From Acidimicrobiia bacterium (lineage in GTDB: Bacteria; Actinomycetota; Acidimicrobiia; Spongiisociales; ZC4RG35), in the NCBI GenBank assembly GCA_040510135.1, contig JBEVJN010000039.1:10315-74314 (forward strand): 64,000 nucleotides of DNA, given 5' to 3'. Positions 58,612-64,000 of the stretch are shown here, piece by piece. A program made the position numbers and the translations under genes. Each line of letters starts with the position of its first letter. Position 1 is the stretch's first letter. The notes under the pieces were generated by a model. It did not search any database and was not told the DNA's origin. It worked only from the letters and a program-made list of their open reading frames with translations.

Positions 58612-58628
58612 TCCAGGAGTACTGAACG

Positions 58629-58901
58629 ATGGCGAGAAAGAGCACGAACAACCCGCGCCCCAAGCGGCGTCGGGGCATGGAGATGAGACGGGGGCGTCCC
58701 AAGCCCTGCGCCTTCTGCAAGCAGCAGGTCGATTTCATCGACTGGAAGGATGTCTCCGTGTTGCGCAAGTACATGTCCGACCGGGGCAAGATCCGGGGGC
58801 GCCGAGTGAACGGGAACTGCCCGACCCATCAGCGCGAGGTGGCCAATGCCATCAAGAACGCCCGTGAGATGGCCCTCCTGCCCTATCTGAACACGAGATG
58901 A
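58629..58901 (+). CDS. rpsR: 30S ribosomal protein S18 (Zn-binding C+ form)
   Basis: CAFC, IDWKD, CPTHQR and [13 protein letters not shown] motifs. Confidence 0.96.
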   Translation: MARKSTNNPRPKRRRGMEMRRGRPKPCAFCKQQVDFIDWKDVSVLRKYMSDRGKIRGRRVNGNCPTHQREVANAIKNAREMALLPYLNTR

Positions 58902-59347
58902 GGCTCATCCTCATCTCCGATGTCCAGGAGCTGGGCAAGAGGGGCGATGTGGTGGACGTCGCCGAGGGTTACGCCCGCAACTACTTGTTGCCTCGAAAGA
59001 AGGCGGTCAAGGCGAACGAAGGTGCCCTGGCCCAGGCCGAGGCCATCCGCGATGCCCGTGTCGAGGCCGACCGCAAGGCCAAGGAGGAGGCGGAGCGGCT
59101 GGCTACCCAGCTGGTCGGCAGCCGGGTCGTGATCGCGGCCCAGGCGGGAGACGAGGGTCAGCTCTACGGCTCGATCTCACCGGCCGACGTGGTCGAGGGT
59201 GTCCGTCGGTTCACAGGGATCGAGCTGGACCGGGCCACGTTGGAGATCCCCAAGCCGATCAAGGCGATCGGCCTTCACGAGATCAACATCAAACTCCATC
59301 CCGAGGTGGAGTTCCCCCTCACTCTGGATGTGATCCCGGCCACCTGA
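58898..59347 (+). CDS. rplI: 50S ribosomal protein L9
   Basis: [20 protein letters not shown] and LHPEV motifs. Confidence 0.96.
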   Translation: MRLILISDVQELGKRGDVVDVAEGYARNYLLPRKKAVKANEGALAQAEAIRDARVEADRKAKEEAERLATQLVGSRVVIAAQAGDEGQLYGSISPADVVEGVRRFTGIELDRATLEIPKPIKAIGLHEINIKLHPEVEFPLTLDVIPAT

Positions 59348-59590
59348 ACGCGGGGATCAGCCGCGACTTTCGCGTCCTTCTTTCCAATCCTTTCCACCGC
59401 GAAAACAAAAGAGCCCAGCGCGAAATTCGATGAGCCCTCTGGCTTGTGACGCCGACCGGGCCGACCCTATCTTCAGCCATCTTCCCCGCTGGCAGTTTCG
59501 GCTTCCCCGCCCTCCGGCGGGGTCTTGCGTGTCAGGGCCCGACCAGGTCCGCGAAATCTGTCACTCGCGTGTTGTTGGATGAGGACAGAT

Positions 59591-60943
59591 ATGAACGGCG
59601 TCACTGATCAGGGGCAGATGAGACCCGGCTTCCGGAGCCCACCCCACTCCAGGGAGGCGGAGGAGTCGGTCATCGGGGCGGTGCTCCTCTCGGAAGAGGC
59701 GGTCAACGAGGTGATGGACCGCCTTCACCCACCCGACTTCTACGTTCCCGCCCATCAAGCGATCTTCGAGGCGATGCGTGAGCTGTTCGACACCAATCAG
59801 GCCATCGACGCCGTCACCGTCTCGGAGGCATTGCGGCGCAGAGGGGAGCTGGACAAGGTCGGGGGCGTCGCCTATCTCACCCGACTGGTCGACATCGTCC
59901 CTTCGACCTCCAACATCCTCTACTACTCCGGGATCGTCGAGGAGCATGCCAAACGCCGTGAGCTGATCCGGGCCGGTGCCTCGGTGACCGATGTGGCCTT
60001 CGACATCGACGAAGAGATCGCCCGCGTCCTCGATCGGGCGGAGCAGGCGGTCCTCTCGGTGGCGGAACGGCGCGGTGCCCAAACGCTGCTCGAGGTCGGG
60101 CCACTGTTCAGCGACGTGCTGGAGCACATTGAGTTGCTCGAGCAACGGGGCTCTGAGCTGACCGGGCTGGCGACCGGTTACGTCGATCTCGACAAGAAGC
60201 TGGCCGGTCTCCAGGCCTCCAACCTGGTGGTGATCGCGGCACGGCCGGCGATGGGAAAGAGCGCGCTCGCACTGGGGATTGCGGTCAATGCGGCCAGCCA
60301 GAACGAGCCGGTTGCGATCTTCTCACTGGAAATGTCCAAGGAGGAGATCGTTCAGCGCATCCTCTCCTCGGTGGGCCGGGTCGATTCGATGAAGCTCCGC
60401 TCGGGTCAGCTGGGACCTCTGTGGCAGAGGGTCGTCGACGCTGCGGGCAAGATGTACCAGGCACCGATCTACATCGACGACTCCCCGATCGTGACGGTCA
60501 CCGACATCCGGGCGAAGTGCCGGAGACTGAAGCGGAAGAAGGGCCTCTCCCTGGTGGTCATCGACTACCTGCAGCTCATGGAGGCTTCGAGCCGCGAGAA
60601 CCGTCAGCAGGAGATCTCGGAGATCACCCGAAATCTCAAGAACCTGGCGCGAGAGCTGGAGGTGCCCGTTATCGCCGTTTCCCAGCTCAACCGGTCGCTG
60701 GAGGCCAGGGAGGACAAGAGGCCCCGTCTCTCCGATCTACGCGAAAGTGGCTCGATCGAGCAGGACGCAGACGTCGTGATGTTCATATACCGCCACGAGT
60801 ACTACCACCCCGAGGATCAGGAGCGGAAGGGCATCGCCGAAGTCATCGTGGCCAAGCACCGCGCCGGGTCCACCGGCCCGGTCGAGGTGACCTTCCAGCC
60901 TGAGTTCACCCGGTTCGCCAACCTGGGCCGGGACGTCACCTAG
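59591..60943 (+). CDS. dnaB: Replicative DNA helicase (no intein)
   Basis: PPHSREAE, ARPAMGKS, FSLEM, IDYLQL, SQLNR and LRESGSIEQDAD motifs; ATG 59591 after SD GAGGA. Confidence 0.97.
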   Translation: MNGVTDQGQMRPGFRSPPHSREAEESVIGAVLLSEEAVNEVMDRLHPPDFYVPAHQAIFEAMRELFDTNQAIDAVTVSEALRRRGELDKVGGVAYLTRLVDIVPSTSNILYYSGIVEEHAKRRELIRAGASVTDVAFDIDEEIARVLDRAEQAVLSVAERRGAQTLLEVGPLFSDVLEHIELLEQRGSELTGLATGYVDLDKKLAGLQASNLVVIAARPAMGKSALALGIAVNAASQNEPVAIFSLEMSKEEIVQRILSSVGRVDSMKLRSGQLGPLWQRVVDAAGKMYQAPIYIDDSPIVTVTDIRAKCRRLKRKKGLSLVVIDYLQLMEASSRENRQQEISEITRNLKNLARELEVPVIAVSQLNRSLEAREDKRPRLSDLRESGSIEQDADVVMFIYRHEYYHPEDQERKGIAEVIVAKHRAGSTGPVEVTFQPEFTRFANLGRDVT

Positions 60944-61427
60944 CCCGGCCGGCCTCGAGGGCTCGGTCGATGGTCTCGAACGCCTCCGCCGCTGGGCGCC
61001 ACCCGAGCGTCGCCGTCTTCTTGTCCTCCAGCTCCTTGTAGACGGCGAAGAAATGCTCCAGTTCGCGCAAGAGGTGGTCGGGGACGTCATCGAGATCGGC
61101 GGCGTCCCGCCACAAGGGGTCACCGTCGGGCACGGCGAGCACCTTGTGGTCGGCATGTCCTTGATCTTCCATCAGGAACAACCCGATTGGCCGCACCCTG
61201 ATCCGACACCCCGGAAAGGTCGGCTCGGATACGAGGGCGAGGATGTCGAGCGGGTCGCCGTCGTCGGCATGGGTCTCGGGTATGAAGCCGTAATCAGCCG
61301 GGTATCGGGTGGCGGTGAACAGCATCCGATCGAGGAAGATCTCCCCGCTCTCGTGGTCGGTCTCGTACTTGTTCCGGCTCCCCTTGGGGATCTCGACGAT
61401 CATCGTGACCAGCACATCAATCACCAT
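60936..61427 (-). CDS. ppa: Inorganic pyrophosphatase (family I)
   Basis: EIPKGSRNKYE, YGFIP, DGDPLD and DHK motifs. Confidence 0.96.
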   Translation of the reverse strand: MVIDVLVTMIVEIPKGSRNKYETDHESGEIFLDRMLFTATRYPADYGFIPETHADDGDPLDILALVSEPTFPGCRIRVRPIGLFLMEDQGHADHKVLAVPDGDPLWRDAADLDDVPDHLLRELEHFFAVYKELEDKKTATLGWRPAAEAFETIDRALEAGRAR

Positions 61428-61537
61428 ACAGATCGCTACCCTCGCCCGGTTGTGCCTCACATGGGTGGCGATGCCACAGCCCGGGTCGATCTCCCGATGT
61501 CCTCCAACTCAACGCAACCCCCGGGATAAACCTCTCG

Positions 61538-63421
61538 ATGGCACTCCCTAGGAAGCGCGGCAAGCGCTATCTGCTCATGATGTCGGTCGGGGCCCTCGGC
61601 ATCGTCTATGGCGACATCGGGACCAGCCCTCTCTACGCATTCCGGGAATCCTTCCATGCCGCCGAAGGCCTGCCGGTCGTCAGAGAAAGCGTCTTGGGCG
61701 TGCTTTCACTCATGTTCTGGGCCCTGGTCCTGGTCGTCTCGGTCAAGTACTTGATCTTCGTGATGCGGGCCGACAACCACGGGGAGGGTGGCATCCTGGC
61801 CCTCACTGCCCTCATCGTCCCTCGTCGGAAGACACCGACGGTCGGGTTGCGCTGGGCCTTGATCCTGCTGGGGCTTTTCGGTACTGCCCTTCTCTACGGA
61901 GACGGGATCATCACCCCGGCCATTTCGGTGCTTTCGGCGGTCGAAGGGCTCGAGATCGTGGAGCCCGAACTCGGGTCCTATGTCGTTCCGATCGCGGTCG
62001 TCATCCTGATCGCCCTCTTCAGCATCCAGCGGGCCGGCACGGCAGTCGTAGGGTCGATCTTCGGACCGGTGATGATCGTGTGGTTCACCGTGCTCGCCAT
62101 TCTCGGGGGCTATTACGTACTTCAGGACCCAGGAGTGCTCGCCGGGGTGAATCCGGTGTACGGAGCGCGGTTCATCGCCGAGAACCCACGTCACTCTTTT
62201 CTCGCCCTGGGTGCGATTTTCCTCGTGGTCACGGGAAGCGAGGCTCTGTACGCAGACATGGGGCACTTCGGCAAGCGTCCCATCCGTTTCGGCTGGTACA
62301 TCGTCGTGTTCCCGGCCCTCCTCCTCAATTACTTCGGCCAGGGGGCGATGCTCATCGCCGACCCAGGGACCATCGACAACCCCTTCTACCGGATGCCGCC
62401 GGAATGGGCGGTGCTGCCGCTGGTGATCCTCGCGACCTTGGCAACGGTCATCGCTTCTCAGGCCCTCATTTCAGGCGCCTATTCGCTCACCATGCAGGCC
62501 GTCCAGCTCGGGTATCTGCCTCGCTTCGACATCGATCACACCTCAACTCGGGAGGTGGGCCAGATCTACATCGCCACCGTGAACTGGGGGCTCATGGTGG
62601 CCTGCGTCGGGCTGGTCCTCTCGTTTCGCAGCTCGGGCAGCCTCGCCGCCGCCTACGGCGTAGCCGTGACCACGACGATGGTCATCACGACGATCCTGCT
62701 CTATTTCGTGATGCGGGAGAGGTGGAAATGGTCGGCCGCAGTCGCCGGCTCCCTCACCGCCGTTTTCTTGGTCGTCGACATCACCTTCTTCTCAGCCAAC
62801 ATCGTGAAGGTCCCGGCGGGCGGCTGGTTCCCGCTGGTGGTCGGCGCGGTGATCTTCACCATCATGACGACCTGGAAGACCGGCCGACGAAGGCTCACCG
62901 CCGCCCTGAAGAGGGGCGAGCTCCCCATCGAGAGATTCATCGGCTCCATTACCCTCCATCCCCAACTCCGGGTCCCGGGCACCGCCGTCTACCTCTTCCC
63001 CGACCCGGGGATCACCCCCCCGGCGCTCTTGGCCAACCTGCGGCACAACGAGGTGCTCCACGAGACTGTGGTTCTGGTGGCGGTGCAAACATCCTCGGTC
63101 CCGCGGGTCCCACAAGTCCGCCGGTCGACAGTCCACGACCTCGGGGAGGGCTTCGTGCAGGTGGTGCTGCATTTCGGGTTCATGGACGAGCCCGACGTAC
63201 CCAAGGCCCTGGCCAACATCGTGGATCCGGAATTCGGGTTCGACCCGGACGACTCCACGTTCTTCATTGGGCGGGAGACCATCATCAACAGTGGCAAGGG
63301 CATTGGCCGGGCCCGGGCGGCCCTCTACGCATTGATGCATCGCAACGCGTCGAGCCCGGTTCAGTTCTTCACCCTTCCCCCCGGGCAGGTCATCGAGATC
63401 GGTAAGCAAGTGGCGTTATGA
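61538..63421 (+). CDS. kup: KUP/HAK/KT potassium transporter
   Basis: GIVYGDIGTSPLY, GEGG, GDGIITPAISV and EALYADMGHF motifs. Confidence 0.96.
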   Translation: MALPRKRGKRYLLMMSVGALGIVYGDIGTSPLYAFRESFHAAEGLPVVRESVLGVLSLMFWALVLVVSVKYLIFVMRADNHGEGGILALTALIVPRRKTPTVGLRWALILLGLFGTALLYGDGIITPAISVLSAVEGLEIVEPELGSYVVPIAVVILIALFSIQRAGTAVVGSIFGPVMIVWFTVLAILGGYYVLQDPGVLAGVNPVYGARFIAENPRHSFLALGAIFLVVTGSEALYADMGHFGKRPIRFGWYIVVFPALLLNYFGQGAMLIADPGTIDNPFYRMPPEWAVLPLVILATLATVIASQALISGAYSLTMQAVQLGYLPRFDIDHTSTREVGQIYIATVNWGLMVACVGLVLSFRSSGSLAAAYGVAVTTTMVITTILLYFVMRERWKWSAAVAGSLTAVFLVVDITFFSANIVKVPAGGWFPLVVGAVIFTIMTTWKTGRRRLTAALKRGELPIERFIGSITLHPQLRVPGTAVYLFPDPGITPPALLANLRHNEVLHETVVLVAVQTSSVPRVPQVRRSTVHDLGEGFVQVVLHFGFMDEPDVPKALANIVDPEFGFDPDDSTFFIGRETIINSGKGIGRARAALYALMHRNASSPVQFFTLPPGQVIEIGKQVAL

Positions 63422-63482
63422 GCCACTCCCTTTACGCTGGCACCGTCCGGGAATCGAACTCCGTACACGAGGGGGGCGCCCG

Positions 63483-64000
63483 ATGAGGGCATTCAGAGCA
63501 TCGATAGTCATCCTGGCCCTGGTATTGGTGGCTTGTGGCGGCGATGGTGGAGGAGACACGACCCTGGCCGAGCCCACCACCACAGCGGTGGTGGAGGAGG
63601 GCGGCGCAGGGACGGTCGACTTCGAAGACATGCCTCAAGAGTGCATCGACGCCCTGGTCGGATATCTGCGGGCAATCGAGCCGACCGTAGAAGGCCTCGA
63701 CTTCGCCGCGACCACGGGTGACGACCTCGAAGCCCTGGGTTCAGAGCTGGATGCGCTGTCGGAGGATTACACGACAGCCATCGAAGACCTCGACTGCCCC
63801 GATCCTGCCGGTAGCGACGAGGAGGCCTTCGCCGCCATCATCGAGCTGGCCGAGCAGGAGGCGCCGGGCACAGTGGGCTACCTGGAATGGGTGCAGAGCC
63901 TTGCTGCTGGGTTCGGAGATGCTGAGGCTTCCGGTGACTGTGAGACCGACATCACCGCATTGCAGGCGATCATCGACGAGAACAGCTCGATGTCCGAGCT
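63483..64000 (+). CDS. Acidic lipoprotein of unknown function (runs off the window end)
   Basis: Translated by hand: MRAFRASIVILALVLVACGG lipobox; open to the end of the window; several Cys. Confidence 0.75.
   Translation, partial: MRAFRASIVILALVLVACGGDGGGDTTLAEPTTTAVVEEGGAGTVDFEDMPQECIDALVGYLRAIEPTVEGLDFAATTGDDLEALGSELDALSEDYTTAIEDLDCPDPAGSDEEAFAAIIELAEQEAPGTVGYLEWVQSLAAGFGDAEASGDCETDITALQAIIDENSSMSE

Noticed and set aside
59348-59590. ncRNA or DnaA-box array in the rplI-dnaB gap
   Set aside because: Only weak box-like 9-mers (CTTTCCACC, TCTTCCCCG) and short hairpins; not enough to call.
59591-60943. Inteins in dnaB or gyrA
   Set aside because: Both proteins are normal length with contiguous motifs.

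Overview
High-GC actinobacterial chromosome segment spanning the replication origin. Gene content and order suggest a deep-branching lineage such as Acidimicrobiia (inference). Core blocks: (1) large Alu-type SRP RNA, menG/ubiE, serS, tRNA-Leu; (2) fhaA-fhaB-pstP-rodA-pbpA-pknB-crgA (no pknA); (3) a variable ~9 kb zone (11.9-20.6 kb) between tRNA-Ala and DUF3566, holding an AAA-TPR-LuxR regulator followed by a small secreted three-repeat peptide gene with phased upstream repeats, a YceI-like remnant, a DUF6624 lipoprotein, an inverted tRNA-Ile, a LexA-boxed Rv2578c-type radical SAM gene and an unannotated 39-aa peptide; (4) gyrA-gyrB-dciA-recF-dnaN-oriC-dnaA / rpmH-rnpA-yidD-yidC-jag-rsmG-parA-parB with parS sites; (5) cwlM-like, trxAB, anti-sigma/sigM and a stand-alone pseudokinase; (6) a head-to-head GNAT/HDAC pair, an orphan divergent PilT, cca, argGH, pepP, uppS-like, pyrE, nfo, secDF, panB; (7) rpsF-ssb-rpsR-rplI-dnaB, ppa, kup. 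I saw no integrase, transposase or CRISPR array. The best candidate for an undescribed system is the regulator + repeat-peptide module at 11988-15549. All calls come from motif recognition and synteny by eye; no database searches were run, so novelty claims are untested.
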